Source of the DNA: Patescibacteria group bacterium | GTDB lineage: Bacteria > Patescibacteriota > Patescibacteriia > Patescibacteriales > UBA12465 | DNA length: 60,397 nt | Direction of reading: 5' to 3' | Assembly: GCA_041650715.1 (NCBI GenBank) | Contig: JBAZKQ010000003.1 | Span: 1 to 60,397, forward strand | Part shown: piece by piece, positions 44,098-54,834 of the stretch | How positions within the stretch are numbered: the stretch's first letter is position 1 | Layout of the letters: every line of letters starts with the position of its first letter | Made by a program: the position numbers and the translations under genes | The notes under the pieces: generated by a model | What the model was told of the DNA's origin: nothing | Seen by the model: the letters and a program-made list of their open reading frames with translations, nothing else | The model's database searches: none

Positions 44098-46329
44098 ATG
44101 ATAATTCTCAATAATTTTTCGCGGATATTTTCGCTTCTCAGTCTGCTTTTTATAATAATTTTAAGCCTGGTTGTTCTGATTAATAGCCGTAAATTGCTTA
44201 ACAAGTTATTTTTTCTTTTAACTTTGATTTTGGACCTGTGGGTGTTTGGCAGCTTCATGATGCTGAGCAGTACGGCTGATGCTCAGGTTATTTTTTGGGA
44301 CCGCTTTATCTACGCCGCCGTCGTTTTTTGGCCGGCACTTCAATATCATTTTAGCTTGGCGGTCACATATATCAATAAAAAAAGACGCATCGCCCTGGCC
44401 GTTGCCTATTTATTGTCGCCGGTTTTTTTAGTTTTGAGCCAAACTGATTATTTTGTTAAAGATGTTTTTCGTTACGCTTGGGGGGCGCACACTCAGGCTC
44501 AGTTTTTACATCACTTCTTTGTGCTCTTCTTTGCTGTTTACGGCTTATTGTTTTTTTACAACATGATTAAGCAGTATCGCCGCGAACATTTTCGGGTAGA
44601 AAAAAAACGGCTTCTATATTATATCCTCGGCTTCTGCGTTTTGGATTTTATCGGCGGCACCGCTTTTTTTCCGGCCTATCTCATTCCGTTTTTTCCGGTT
44701 TTTTTAGCGACGCCTCTAATTTTTTCCTTAATTATTTCTTATGCGATAGTTTATTTCGGTCTCATGGATGTAAAACTGATTATGCGTCGTTATTTTGTCT
44801 ATTCCATGTCCCTGATTTCAGTTTTGGTGCCGACCTATCTTTGCCTATATGACATTAATGCCTTTTATCCACGCTATCTGTTCCCGGCTTCTTTAATAAT
44901 CTTCGCGATTTCATTAACTTTTTTTGCGCGAATAAAAAATTACTTTTACAAATTTTCCAATAAGCACTTCTTTTCTTCGTTATATGATTTTAACGAACTT
45001 ATTTATAATTTAAATAATCGTCTACGCGCCTCGCTCGATATTAAACAGATTTTTCAGTCGACCATTACGATCCTCAGTGAAGCGTTCCACTCGAAAGCAA
45101 TCGCCGTCATTAATTATGAAAAAAAGACTGAAACCTGGACGGTGGTTATTAACAATGGATTTGATTTCAAAAGAAAAAATATACCTTTAAAGTATCAGCT
45201 GGCAGCGGACGCTTTTTCGGGCAATACGCCTTTGGCTATTGCCAGCTTATTTGATATTTTTGGCAGCGCAAATCGAGGCACATCTGAATATTTGGAAAAA
45301 GTTGGTGTGCAATTAATGTTGCCGATAAAGATTAAACAAAGCAAGCTGGTAAGTTTTATGATTTTTGGGCAAAAGGAGTCGGGCGAGGTATATAACTCCA
45401 AAGATTTACGCGTTTTAGAATCCGTGGCGGCCGAAATCGGCATCTCTTTGGAGAATGCTTTATTATACCAAAGCGTTACGAAGTTTAATGTAAAATTGAA
45501 AGAAGAAATAAGTAAAGCGACCAAACAACTCCAGGCGCAGAATGAAGCGCTGACTATTTTAGATAAAGCCAAGACTGAATTCGTCGGTATCGCCTCGCAC
45601 CAGCTCCGGACCCCTCTGACCGGGATTCGCTGGTTTACGGAATTATTGATGCAGAATAAAGAAAAGAATTTGAATCGGGAACAATTGGATTTTTTAAACC
45701 AAGTCGATAAAAGTAATCATCGCATGATTAGTCTGGTTAATGATTTACTTGACGTCACTCATATTGAAACGGGGCGGAAGTTTGATATTATTAAAACGGA
45801 ATTTAAACTGGATGATGTTATCCAAGAAGTTATCAAAGAAAACGTCGCTTTACTCACAACAAAAAAATTAACCCTGCTTAATCAAATTGCGCCGAATCTA
45901 ATGATTTATGCCGATAGCGATAAAATTAAGCAGGTCTGGCAAAATTTAATTTCTAACGCCACTAAGTATACCCAGGAAAAGAAGGCAATTAATTTGTCGG
46001 TAGCAGAAAATAGTGCCGGCGAATTAGTATTTTGTGTACAAGATGAGGGCATCGGCATACCGAAAGATCAGCAGAGCCAAATTTTTGCCAAATTTTTTCG
46101 AGCGAATAATGCGACGCTTCAAGAAAGCGACGGCACCGGTCTGGGCCTTTATATCGCCAGGGAAATAATTCGAGCGCATGGCGGCGAAATGTGGTTTGAG
46201 TCGGAAGAAAACAAGGGAACTAAATTTTATTTTTCTCTGCCTATGGCCACAAAAAAGAAGATGGCTGTCACTATTAAAAAAGAAACAAACGTAATTAATA
46301 TTAATAATAAAATTAAAAAATATGCCTAA
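44098..46329 (+). CDS. Sensor histidine kinase (multi-TM sensor, GAF-like, HisKA, HATPase_c)
   Basis: H-box FVGIASHQLRTPLT, N-box WQNLISNATKY, G-boxes DEGIGI and GTGLGL. Confidence 0.9.
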   Translation: MIILNNFSRIFSLLSLLFIIILSLVVLINSRKLLNKLFFLLTLILDLWVFGSFMMLSSTADAQVIFWDRFIYAAVVFWPALQYHFSLAVTYINKKRRIALAVAYLLSPVFLVLSQTDYFVKDVFRYAWGAHTQAQFLHHFFVLFFAVYGLLFFYNMIKQYRREHFRVEKKRLLYYILGFCVLDFIGGTAFFPAYLIPFFPVFLATPLIFSLIISYAIVYFGLMDVKLIMRRYFVYSMSLISVLVPTYLCLYDINAFYPRYLFPASLIIFAISLTFFARIKNYFYKFSNKHFFSSLYDFNELIYNLNNRLRASLDIKQIFQSTITILSEAFHSKAIAVINYEKKTETWTVVINNGFDFKRKNIPLKYQLAADAFSGNTPLAIASLFDIFGSANRGTSEYLEKVGVQLMLPIKIKQSKLVSFMIFGQKESGEVYNSKDLRVLESVAAEIGISLENALLYQSVTKFNVKLKEEISKATKQLQAQNEALTILDKAKTEFVGIASHQLRTPLTGIRWFTELLMQNKEKNLNREQLDFLNQVDKSNHRMISLVNDLLDVTHIETGRKFDIIKTEFKLDDVIQEVIKENVALLTTKKLTLLNQIAPNLMIYADSDKIKQVWQNLISNATKYTQEKKAINLSVAENSAGELVFCVQDEGIGIPKDQQSQIFAKFFRANNATLQESDGTGLGLYIAREIIRAHGGEMWFESEENKGTKFYFSLPMATKKKMAVTIKKETNVININNKIKKYA

Positions 46330-46690
46330 GAAAATTTTAATTGTCGAAGATGACCTAAGTTTAGCTAAGGCGCTTCGGGTAAGTTTAGAGGGAGAGAAAT
46401 TTGAAGTGATAGAAGCGCACGACGGCCTTGAGGGTTTGGCCGCTGCTGAAAAAAATCTACCGAATTTAATTCTCTGTGATATTAATATGCCGAAGATGGA
46501 CGGTCTTAGCATGCTTTCGGCCATGCGTCAGACGGATTGGGGCAAAGATCTCTCGGTAATTATGTTGACTAATTTTAGCGATGGCGACAAAATTTCCGAA
46601 GCTTTGAAGAATTCTGTTTTTCGCTATTTAGTGAAAAGTGATTGGGACCTCGCGCACATCATTGAAGAAGTAAAGAAGGAAATGAAATAA
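46322..46690 (+). CDS. Stand-alone response-regulator receiver (CheY-like)
   Basis: ILIVEDD...ILCDINMPKMDG...; 122 aa with no output domain. Overlaps the HK stop. Confidence 0.9.
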   Translation: MPKKILIVEDDLSLAKALRVSLEGEKFEVIEAHDGLEGLAAAEKNLPNLILCDINMPKMDGLSMLSAMRQTDWGKDLSVIMLTNFSDGDKISEALKNSVFRYLVKSDWDLAHIIEEVKKEMK

Positions 46691-46758
46691 TTAAGAATGA
46701 AATAATATAAATTGCGCCAATTAAAAACAGCCTTACGGCTGTTTTTTTGGTTTTTTTG

Positions 46759-46830
46759 TGCCCCCAGAGGGAATCGAACCCCCACCTTAAGCTCCGGAAG
46801 CTCACGTTCTATCCATTGAACTATGAGGGC
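46759..46830 (-). tRNA. tRNA-Arg (anticodon CCG)
   Basis: 72-nt cloverleaf: acceptor GCCCTCA/TGGGGGC, anticodon loop TTCCGGA, T-arm GGGGG-TTCGATT-CCCTC. Confidence 0.85.
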
Positions 46831-46836
46831 TCTATG

Positions 46837-46923
46837 CGGAGAGGGAGGGATTCGAACCCTCGAAGGGCTTTCACCCTTGCCGCTTTTCGAGAGCGGTACT
46901 TTCAACCACTCAGTCACCTCTCC
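46837..46923 (-). tRNA. tRNA-Ser (anticodon CGA)
   Basis: 87-nt class II tRNA: acceptor GGAGAGG/CCTCTCC, anticodon loop CTCGAAA, long variable arm, T-arm GAGGG-TTCGAAT-CCCTC. Confidence 0.85.
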
Positions 46924-46929
46924 TTTTAC

Positions 46930-47247
46930 TTACTTGATTAAGATTAATATGACAATACTGATAAGCAGAAAAACAAATAAACTTGCACCGGTATAAAATA
47001 ATAATTTTACCGCCCCTTTCTTCGCGCCTTCGAGATAGAGCATAATCGGCTTAGCCAGTATCAGGGAACCTGTCACCAGAGCGGAGAAAACAAATAATAG
47101 CAGCATGACAATCGGAATCAGAAATTTATTGTCTTCTTGGCCGAAGAGCCAACTTGCGTTATTGATAAATAAGGAAATTAAGAAAACATAAATTGAGACG
47201 CCGAAAGCGCTTAAAATACCGCGCCCGATTAATTTTGTGTCTTTCAT
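46930..47247 (-). CDS. Small hypothetical membrane protein (3 TM segments)
   Basis: 105-aa hydrophobic ORF, 4-nt overlap with the upstream pseudouridine synthase gene. Confidence 0.5.
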   Translation of the reverse strand: MKDTKLIGRGILSAFGVSIYVFLISLFINNASWLFGQEDNKFLIPIVMLLLFVFSALVTGSLILAKPIMLYLEGAKKGAVKLLFYTGASLFVFLLISIVILILIK

Positions 47248-47948
47248 ATTTTTAAATTATTAATTTCTTCTTCATTTAAATAATCCCATTTACCTTCAGG
47301 GAGAGAACCTAAAGTCAGGCTGCCGAGACTAATTCTTTTTAGGTCCACGACGCGTGTTCCCAAAACATCGAACATGCGCCGAATCTGTCTTTTTTTGCCC
47401 TCGTTTAAGGTTATTACAAATAAATCATTTTGTAAATATTTTGCGCGAACTGCCTTAACAATGCCGTCACCATCAGCAATATCAACGCCGGCGAGTAATT
47501 TTTTTATAACCAACTCGGGGTTGATAACTTCGTCTCTAATTTTAACTTCATACTCCTTATCATGCTCAAACTTAGGATGAGATAATTTCTGGGTTAAATC
47601 GCCATCGTTTGTTAAAAGAATTAAACCGTGACTATCTTTATCTAAGCGGCCGACCGCAAACAGGCGCGTTGGTAAGTCAACCAGGTCAAAGATATTCTTT
47701 TCTCCGGGGAAGGTTCGATTCGTACAGGTATAGCCGAGCGGCTTATTTAAGATAACATAAACTTTTTCTTCTGGGCGCGGCAAAAGGCGTCCGTTAACGG
47801 TAATTTTATCTTCGTTCGGATCGGCCTCTTCGCCGATAAGAGCTAAATGGCCATTAACCCTGACCTGTTCATTTCTGATTAGCTCTTCGCCGTGGCGGCG
47901 AGAGCAATAGCCACTTGAGGCAATCGCCTTTTGTAAAATCATTTTCAT
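47244..47948 (-). CDS. RsuA/RluB-family pseudouridine synthase
   Basis: S4 domain N-terminus. Catalytic VGRLDKDSHGLILLTNDG. Confidence 0.85.
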   Translation of the reverse strand: MKMILQKAIASSGYCSRRHGEELIRNEQVRVNGHLALIGEEADPNEDKITVNGRLLPRPEEKVYVILNKPLGYTCTNRTFPGEKNIFDLVDLPTRLFAVGRLDKDSHGLILLTNDGDLTQKLSHPKFEHDKEYEVKIRDEVINPELVIKKLLAGVDIADGDGIVKAVRAKYLQNDLFVITLNEGKKRQIRRMFDVLGTRVVDLKRISLGSLTLGSLPEGKWDYLNEEEINNLKI

Positions 47949-47967
47949 ATTTGTCTCAGCTAATTGA

Positions 47968-49371
47968 TTAATTACGGATGTTTTTCGTACCGAAGCTTTG
48001 ATTATAATTCAATAGTCCGATAAAAGCCAGCAGCACCCAGAACATTACGGAGAGGTCATTCTTAAAGTAAGGCACGTCGACTAAGCCGTGGACAATTATC
48101 GCGATTAAAGCACTTAGTAGTCCCAAGGCTAAATATTTTTCCGGATGCCCCTCGCGATGATAGGTAAGTGTCAGCTTAAGAGAAATATAAAGAGCGCGCA
48201 CGAGCAGCCACATAAAAGTTAAGGCGCCGAGCAGGCCAATTTCGCTCCAGAAGTTCAGGAATATATTGTGGGGATACATATAAATTTCCACTGGCTGCCA
48301 ATATTTAGTACGCAAAGTTGAGCTGGCCCGTAGTTGCGCATCAAAATTAGGCAGATTATCGCTGTTGAAAAAAATGCCTTCTTGATGATATGGAGCGACA
48401 GCTGCCTGGTAGTTATCGAGGCCCGCGCCGGTAATGAATTTGGTACCGGTTAAGGCCAGTAGGGTTTCTTTCCATTGGCGCTGGCGGATTTGGCCGGATA
48501 AATCGTTAAGAGTTAACTTGGTCATCACGAAGTTTTTTGTCGGTGCGAAGTAGAAGACGCCCGCAATTACTACGGCCGTTAAAATTAAGGTCGCAATTCT
48601 TTGGCGTCTGCCGGCGAATAGGCCAAAAATTAGTAATCCCGCGACCACGCCGATTAAAGCTCCTTCGGAGCGGGCGAAGTAGATAGATAAAAGCGCGCCG
48701 GCGATAACCAGCATGATAAGAATTTTCTTAAAAGTTTTGCTGAGCGTCGTTGTGTGAGGTAAAGAAAAAAACCAGCCGAGGAAAACTAAAACAAGTGGGG
48801 CCAGATATAGGCCGACGGCGTTTGGATAGCCGAAGAATGATACGACGCGCCGGGTTGCCTCGTTCGCCCAAAAGGGATTAGCGATTAAATTACCGGTAAT
48901 TTTTTGGTAGATTGCTAAAATTGAAACAGAGGCGGTCGAAAGTAGTAAGGCCCAGAGAATTTTTTGCCAGTCTTTTTTTTCGCGGAAAATATTTATGACG
49001 AGAATAAAGACAAGAATCGGTTCGAAAAAATAAGCTTTCCAGATTCCGAGAGCGCCCAAATTAAAATTAGCCACGCCGACGGCAACGAATGAAAAGATTA
49101 TTAGTAAAATAATTTCCAGGGCGAAAGGATAGGGAACGCGCGCCGAACGATTTTTTAATTTATGTTTCGCTTGCGGGAGCCAGGATTTGAAGAACCAAAC
49201 GGCGAAAGTTAAAAGGATCATAACTTCCAGTACGGTTGAGGGTATGCCGAGGACAGAAAAGCGGATTAAATAGCTCGGCAGGGCGGCAATCAGCAAAAAC
49301 AAAGCGTAGTCCAGGCGCCAGAGGGCCAGAGCGAAAAAACAAACAGAAAAAATTATTATTCCTATCATCAT
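47968..49371 (-). CDS. O-antigen ligase/Wzy-like polytopic membrane protein
   Basis: 467 aa, ~12 TM segments, external loop with conserved Arg/His region (HNIFLNFWSEIGLLG). Confidence 0.6.
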   Translation of the reverse strand: MMIGIIIFSVCFFALALWRLDYALFLLIAALPSYLIRFSVLGIPSTVLEVMILLTFAVWFFKSWLPQAKHKLKNRSARVPYPFALEIILLIIFSFVAVGVANFNLGALGIWKAYFFEPILVFILVINIFREKKDWQKILWALLLSTASVSILAIYQKITGNLIANPFWANEATRRVVSFFGYPNAVGLYLAPLVLVFLGWFFSLPHTTTLSKTFKKILIMLVIAGALLSIYFARSEGALIGVVAGLLIFGLFAGRRQRIATLILTAVVIAGVFYFAPTKNFVMTKLTLNDLSGQIRQRQWKETLLALTGTKFITGAGLDNYQAAVAPYHQEGIFFNSDNLPNFDAQLRASSTLRTKYWQPVEIYMYPHNIFLNFWSEIGLLGALTFMWLLVRALYISLKLTLTYHREGHPEKYLALGLLSALIAIIVHGLVDVPYFKNDLSVMFWVLLAFIGLLNYNQSFGTKNIRN

Positions 49372-49445
49372 ATGTTTATTTGTCCTTCTATTATATCACC
49401 CGCTTCGCAAAGAAACAAAAACCGCCCCAACGGGGCGATTTTAAT

Positions 49446-50006
49446 TTAATTGGCTCTTTCTTGATATTCGCCCGTATCGGTATTGATGCGGATAATGTCG
49501 CCTTCATTAATAAACATCGGGACATTAATTTTCGCACCCGTTTCAATTTCTACCTGTTTATTAACATTACCGGCGGAATTGCCCTTTACTCCGGGCGGTG
49601 CGCTCACGACTTTAAATTCCATTTTTATCGGCAAGCTGATTGATACCGGTTTGTTTTCAAAATATAAAACATCAACGTCGGTCCCATCTTTAAGAAAGAG
49701 AGAGGATTCGCCGATTTCTTCCACCGGTAAATTGAATTGTTCGTAGCTCGCATTATCCATGAAGTAAGCCTGGTCTTTATCTTTATACATGAAATTGGCT
49801 TTCTTCGTTTCCGTTTCCGCTTCTTCCGCTTTTTCCGCTCCTTGGTAAGTGCGTTCCTGAATACTACCGTTAATTAAATTACGGCATTTCACTTTTAAGA
49901 CGGCGCCGCCGCGGCCCATTTTATGGTGATCGGTTTTAATAATGATATAAGGCTCGGCGTTAAGCTTAATAACGCGGCCAGTTTTTATTTCGTTAAAGTT
50001 CAACAT
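49446..50006 (-). CDS. efp: Elongation factor P
   Basis: NEIKTGRVIKLNAEPYIIIKTDHHKMGRGGAVLKVKCRNL. Confidence 0.9.
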   Translation of the reverse strand: MLNFNEIKTGRVIKLNAEPYIIIKTDHHKMGRGGAVLKVKCRNLINGSIQERTYQGAEKAEEAETETKKANFMYKDKDQAYFMDNASYEQFNLPVEEIGESSLFLKDGTDVDVLYFENKPVSISLPIKMEFKVVSAPPGVKGNSAGNVNKQVEIETGAKINVPMFINEGDIIRINTDTGEYQERAN

Positions 50007-50027
50007 AAGGTTTTGAGGCTTATTGAA

Positions 50028-50237
50028 TTATTTATGAGTCGGAGACAAGAGGGCCATAACGCGGGAGCGTTTGATGGCCATCGCTAATTTTCTTTGGTGC
50101 CATGAGCAGACGCCAGTACGATCGCCCGGTAAAATTTTCATGTAAAAGTTTATGAAACGTTTTAGAGTTCGGGTGTCTTTGTAGTCGACGTCAAGATTAT
50201 TAACACAGAAATAACATTCTTTAATTTTTTTAGTCAT
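50028..50237 (-). CDS. rpsR: 30S ribosomal protein S18
   Basis: CYFC...DYKD...LKRFI...ILPGDRTGVC..HQRKLAMAIKRSR. Confidence 0.9.
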   Translation of the reverse strand: MTKKIKECYFCVNNLDVDYKDTRTLKRFINFYMKILPGDRTGVCSWHQRKLAMAIKRSRVMALLSPTHK

Positions 50238-50252
50238 AGTTTTAATTATTTA

Positions 50253-50702
50253 TTAGAAGGGAATATTTTCCACGCGAATTTCTTCGTCGTCGATAGCTTC
50301 ATCAGGGATTTCGATAGTCGCTTCCGGTGAATTATTGCTGCTGCCCATCGGGCTGCCGCCAAACGGAGTCGAGCCCTTGGTGTCGAGCATGATCATATTT
50401 TCCGCGACGATTTCCGTGCGATAGCGCTTAACGCCGTCTTGTCCGGTCCAGTCAGTCGTTTGTAATCGGCCTTCAAGGAAAACTTTCGAGCCTTTATGTA
50501 AATATTTCGCACAGATGTCGGCTAATTTCCGCCAAGCGATAATATTATGGAATTCGGTTTTCTTTTGCTGTTGACCGCTTTGGTCCGTCCAAACAAGATT
50601 AGTGGCGACGGAGAAGGAAGCGACATTTTGGCCGGATGGCGTGTTGCGCATTTCCGGGTCGCGCGTCAGGTTGCCGATAATCATGGCTTTATTTAAGTTC
50701 AT
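50253..50702 (-). CDS. ssb: Single-stranded DNA-binding protein
   Basis: MNLNKAMIIGNLTRDPEMR OB-fold. Acidic tail ending in IPF. Confidence 0.9.
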   Translation of the reverse strand: MNLNKAMIIGNLTRDPEMRNTPSGQNVASFSVATNLVWTDQSGQQQKKTEFHNIIAWRKLADICAKYLHKGSKVFLEGRLQTTDWTGQDGVKRYRTEIVAENMIMLDTKGSTPFGGSPMGSSNNSPEATIEIPDEAIDDEEIRVENIPF

Positions 50703-50740
50703 ATTTTTGGACTAATTCTTTTTTTGAAGAATTAAATTAA

Positions 50741-51262
50741 TTAAATTAAATCTTTGGCACTGAGAATGCCTTCTAATTTTTCGTCCAAATCTTTGAGGTC
50801 CACGCGCTTGTCATTAGCCTTCGGGGCCGCTGACGGAGTTACCGGGCTGGACATTTTTTTCTCTTTTGATTCCTGCTGTTTCGCAGTCGCTGCCTTTTTA
50901 GAGTCAATCTTGGCGCGGATCACTTGTTCGCGTGCGATTTCTTCATCAGTCTTAGCTTTTTTAACCACAATCTGGTGGCGCAAAACATCGGCCGATAATC
51001 TTAAATTTTGATCGACTTTGGCTAAAAATTCCCCTTCTAGATCAAATTCAAACAAACCGTAATACCCGTAGGCATTATGCTTGATTTCATAGGCCAACTT
51101 TTTCTTACCCCAATACTCAGTGTGGGTAATCTGGCCTCCATTCTCGGTTATTACTTGACCGACCTTAGCCGCTACGGTTTTCGCTTCATCATCCGTAAAC
51201 TTGTTCGGGGTGATGAAAAGAATCTCGTAATGGGTCGCTCCGGCTGCTTTGGTTTTTGACAT
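50741..51262 (-). CDS. rpsF: 30S ribosomal protein S6 with ~70-aa charged C-terminal extension
   Basis: HYEILFITPN...YWGKKKLAYEI...YGYYGLFEF. Conserved rpsF-ssb-rpsR order. Confidence 0.85.
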   Translation of the reverse strand: MSKTKAAGATHYEILFITPNKFTDDEAKTVAAKVGQVITENGGQITHTEYWGKKKLAYEIKHNAYGYYGLFEFDLEGEFLAKVDQNLRLSADVLRHQIVVKKAKTDEEIAREQVIRAKIDSKKAATAKQQESKEKKMSSPVTPSAAPKANDKRVDLKDLDEKLEGILSAKDLI

Positions 51263-51540
51263 AGTTATTATAGATTAAGGGCAATAAAGATTATTTAAAG
51301 TATTTTTAAATAATTTCTAAAGACCCCTGATTAAATAAAATCCCCAAGTATTCTAAATCCTGAGGGTTTAAGAATACCTTTAATTCTGCTCTAATATTGG
51401 CAGAATTATCTTGAAATTAATTCAAGATATGGGAAAGATATTGTGTTTATTTATTTGTAAACTCAGATTATCATGAATATTATTAAATTGCAAGAGTGCT
51501 TTAATTGCCAGCCGGGCAAGTTTAAGATAGAATAAATTGT

Positions 51541-52725
51541 ATGAAATACTATTTTATATTAGGAACAAACGCAGCCCTGTCGGTCGCCGAATTAGCGGCG
51601 GCAGTTGATCTAAAAAAGGCTAAACTCCTGGCGACTGATTTTTTGCTTTGGGAGACAAGTACAGAAATTAATGCCGAAGCGCTGATCAAAAGATTGGGCG
51701 GAATAATTAAAATTGGGGAGATTAAAGATGAAATTGCCGGTGGTGATGGAGCTAAATTATTAGCCGCTATTATAAATTTGGGGAAAATAAAAAAATATCA
51801 ATCAAAGGAAGGTAAGTTTAATTTCGGTTTTTCCAATTACGGCAAATATCAATTCAATAAGCAAGATCTCGGTCTTAAATTAAAAAAATATTTTAGTGAT
51901 GAGAAAGTAAGTTCACGTTTTGTGGTTAGTCGGGAAAAAACCTTATCGAGTGTTGTCATCACGCAGAATAAATTAATCGCCCGGGGTATTGAATTCTGTT
52001 TAATTAAAGATGGCGAAACTATTTTGCTCGGTGAAACATTGGCCGTACAGGATTTTAAAGATTTGTCGCGTCGTGATTTCGGTCGGCCAGCGCGCGACGA
52101 TCAATCTGGCATGTTGCCGCCGAAATTGGCGCAGATAATGATTAATTTGGCACAAGTAAGAAACTTTGACGATGTGATTGTTGATCCTTTTTGCGGTTCG
52201 GGCACGATTTTAAGCGAGGCGATACTTATGGGTTATAAACATCTCTTCGGTTCTGACGTTTCGCCACGGGCGATAGATGATACTTATAAAAATATCAGTT
52301 GGACTAAGGAATTGTACAAGGTTAGTGATGCCAAAACAAAAATCATGGTTAAGAACGTCGTTAATCTTTCTAAATTTATTAAGGCCGGTTTGGCCGAGGC
52401 GGTAATTACCGAACCCTTTTTGGGCCCGCAGCGCGGCTTGATAGATTTTAAATTAGTCGCTAAAAATCTAGAGGAATTATATGGTCTGGCCCTGAATGAA
52501 TTTCAGACGATTTTAAAAAAAGGTGGCCGTGTGGTCATGATCTGGCCCCTATTTTACGGACAAAGACCGATTACGCCGAGCTACGACGGTTTTAAAATGC
52601 TGAATATGATTCCGGAGGAAATGCGCCTGAGCGAATTTATCAAAAAAAATAATCGTGAGACGATTATTTATGGTCGTCCCGGCCAAAAAGTCTATCGGGA
52701 GATTGTGGTTCTGGAGAAAATATAA
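51541..52725 (+). CDS. UPF0020/Trm11-like SAM-dependent RNA methyltransferase
   Basis: Motif I VDPFCGSGTIL, later ITEPFLG (DPPY-like position). Confidence 0.65.
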   Translation: MKYYFILGTNAALSVAELAAAVDLKKAKLLATDFLLWETSTEINAEALIKRLGGIIKIGEIKDEIAGGDGAKLLAAIINLGKIKKYQSKEGKFNFGFSNYGKYQFNKQDLGLKLKKYFSDEKVSSRFVVSREKTLSSVVITQNKLIARGIEFCLIKDGETILLGETLAVQDFKDLSRRDFGRPARDDQSGMLPPKLAQIMINLAQVRNFDDVIVDPFCGSGTILSEAILMGYKHLFGSDVSPRAIDDTYKNISWTKELYKVSDAKTKIMVKNVVNLSKFIKAGLAEAVITEPFLGPQRGLIDFKLVAKNLEELYGLALNEFQTILKKGGRVVMIWPLFYGQRPITPSYDGFKMLNMIPEEMRLSEFIKKNNRETIIYGRPGQKVYREIVVLEKI

Positions 52726-52810
52726 GTTAATATTTTGGAAAATGAAAAACGCGTCCTTTTGGGGCGCGTTTTGTATTGTGCATGGAATCTAAAGTTTCTC
52801 TGAAATTTTT

Positions 52811-53671
52811 TTACATGTTCAGAGCTTTTTTCTTTAGATTATTCATTTGTCGTTTTTCCTTTATCGTTTGATGTATAAAGGCGAACGCGATAATGATAAA
52901 AATATAAACAAGAAACAAGAGATTAAAATGAAGAGTAAGGATAAATGCTCCAATAAAGCCCGCAACGATGGCAACGAGTCCAATTAACGCTATTAGGCGG
53001 GACACAAACCACCATATGGCTAATAATCCTGATAATAGAAAAAGCCAAATTTTCTTCTTCACTCTTGCCTTTAAGTAATCCGGTATTTTTTCTTCATCAT
53101 ACTTCTCTAATTTAACTGCCCCCCACAATAATAAGGGTAGAAAAAGGACAAATATTAACCAGGTTATAATATCATCGTGAGCCTCTGTCTCCGCTTTTTT
53201 TACTAATTTCGTTTTTAAGATGATGAATTTTAAATGTGAGTCGAAGAAAATAGTCCCAACAGCCGAAAGTTGTTCCTTATGACAATAGGTTCCAGTCCAA
53301 TGTTCTTGTCTCTCAGCTTCGCTCATCCAACGATTCCAGGTTACGGGCTTACCCGCGTTAAGATAGGCATTGATAATCTCCTCGGAATAGAGAAGTGTCT
53401 TAACTCCGCCAGTAATGAATATTGTGTCGAGAATTGAGTCTACTTTAAAATTTGCGGCATCAGTATACGTAATCGTTCTCTGCGCGGGATTAAGTTTGCT
53501 ACTTTTTTCTTGCTGGCCGTCACTAATGGTGACGAACAAAACCAGTTTGATGAGCTCGCCCTTTTTTTCGGCGATTCTATAACTGACCCTGCTAGGGTCG
53601 ATTTTTACTGCAGCCTTTATGTAAGGCGTAAAAATACAGGCAAATACAAAAATTACAAAGATTTTTTTCAT
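52811..53671 (-). CDS. Hypothetical protein: signal peptide, extracytoplasmic domain, C-terminal multi-TM block
   Basis: 286-aa ORF. No family recognised. Confidence 0.5.
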   Translation of the reverse strand: MKKIFVIFVFACIFTPYIKAAVKIDPSRVSYRIAEKKGELIKLVLFVTISDGQQEKSSKLNPAQRTITYTDAANFKVDSILDTIFITGGVKTLLYSEEIINAYLNAGKPVTWNRWMSEAERQEHWTGTYCHKEQLSAVGTIFFDSHLKFIILKTKLVKKAETEAHDDIITWLIFVLFLPLLLWGAVKLEKYDEEKIPDYLKARVKKKIWLFLLSGLLAIWWFVSRLIALIGLVAIVAGFIGAFILTLHFNLLFLVYIFIIIAFAFIHQTIKEKRQMNNLKKKALNM

Positions 53672-53769
53672 GATTTCTCGTTTTTTGGTTGTTTTTAATT
53701 GTAAAAGATCTTAAAAAATACACTATTCTAACTGAATAGTGTATCATATTTATTAAATTTAGTCAATAT

Positions 53770-54834
53770 CTATCTATTTATCAGGAAATTGCACACATCT
53801 CCATCTTGAACTATGTATTCCTTGCCCTCAGTGCGGATTAAGCCCAATTCTTTAGCTTTAGCTTCGTTTCCACATTCGACGAACTTTTCCCAGTTAATGA
53901 CCTCGGCCCGAATAAATCCCTTTATGAAGTCGGTATGGATTTCTCCAGCGGCCTGGGGCGCTTTGGAGCCATGCTTTATGGTCCAGGCGCGAGTTTCGTC
54001 CGCTCCGGTCGTAAAGAAGGTGTCGAGTCCGAGCAATTTATATGAGCTTTGGATTAAACGATCTAAACCACTTTGCTCAAGCCCTAATTCTTTAATGTAT
54101 TCCGCTTGGTCTTCCTCGGGCAAATTAACGATTTCTTCCTCTAATTTTACATTTATCTTAATAATTAAATCATTTGTTCCGGGCAGAACATCGCCGGTAT
54201 GAGTTTCGTCGATGTTTAATAAATAAAGAATTGGCTTAATCGTTAAGAGATTGAGCGTTTTGACGAAAGGCAAATCTTCTTCGCTAAACTCGAGCGTCCG
54301 CGCGGCTAAACCGGCGGCGAGGTGCTGAAATATTTTATCTAATATTCGTGCGCTATTTATTAATTCCTTATCTCCACTTTTTGCTTCGCGCTTGGTTTTA
54401 TCCAGGCGTTTTTCTATTGAGGTGAGGTCGGCTAATATTAACTCGGTATTGATTGTTTCGCGGTCGCTAACCGGGTCAATCCGTCCATCAACATGGATTA
54501 TATTTTTATCTTTAAAATCACGAATAACCTCGCAAATCGCATCGCATTCGCGAATATGAGCTAAAAATTTATTGCCAAGACCTTCGCCTTTACTTGCCCC
54601 CGCAACTAGACCGGCAATATCAACGAATTCAATAGTCGTTGGGATTACTTTGAGCGGTTTAGAAACGGCCGCGAGTTTATCTAAGCGAAAATCGGGTACC
54701 TTAACAACGCCGACGTTAGGGTCGATAGTACAAAAAGGATAATTCGCCGCCTCGACGCCTTTTTTAGTTAATAGATTGAATAAGGTTGATTTGCCGACGT
54801 TCGGCAGGCCAACGATTCCGATTGATAATGACAT
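53770..54834 (-). CDS. ychF: Ribosome-binding ATPase YchF
   Basis: GIVGLPNVGKSTLFN, DIAGLV, C-terminal TGS-like IRAEV...YIVQDGD. Confidence 0.9.
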   Translation of the reverse strand: MSLSIGIVGLPNVGKSTLFNLLTKKGVEAANYPFCTIDPNVGVVKVPDFRLDKLAAVSKPLKVIPTTIEFVDIAGLVAGASKGEGLGNKFLAHIRECDAICEVIRDFKDKNIIHVDGRIDPVSDRETINTELILADLTSIEKRLDKTKREAKSGDKELINSARILDKIFQHLAAGLAARTLEFSEEDLPFVKTLNLLTIKPILYLLNIDETHTGDVLPGTNDLIIKINVKLEEEIVNLPEEDQAEYIKELGLEQSGLDRLIQSSYKLLGLDTFFTTGADETRAWTIKHGSKAPQAAGEIHTDFIKGFIRAEVINWEKFVECGNEAKAKELGLIRTEGKEYIVQDGDVCNFLINR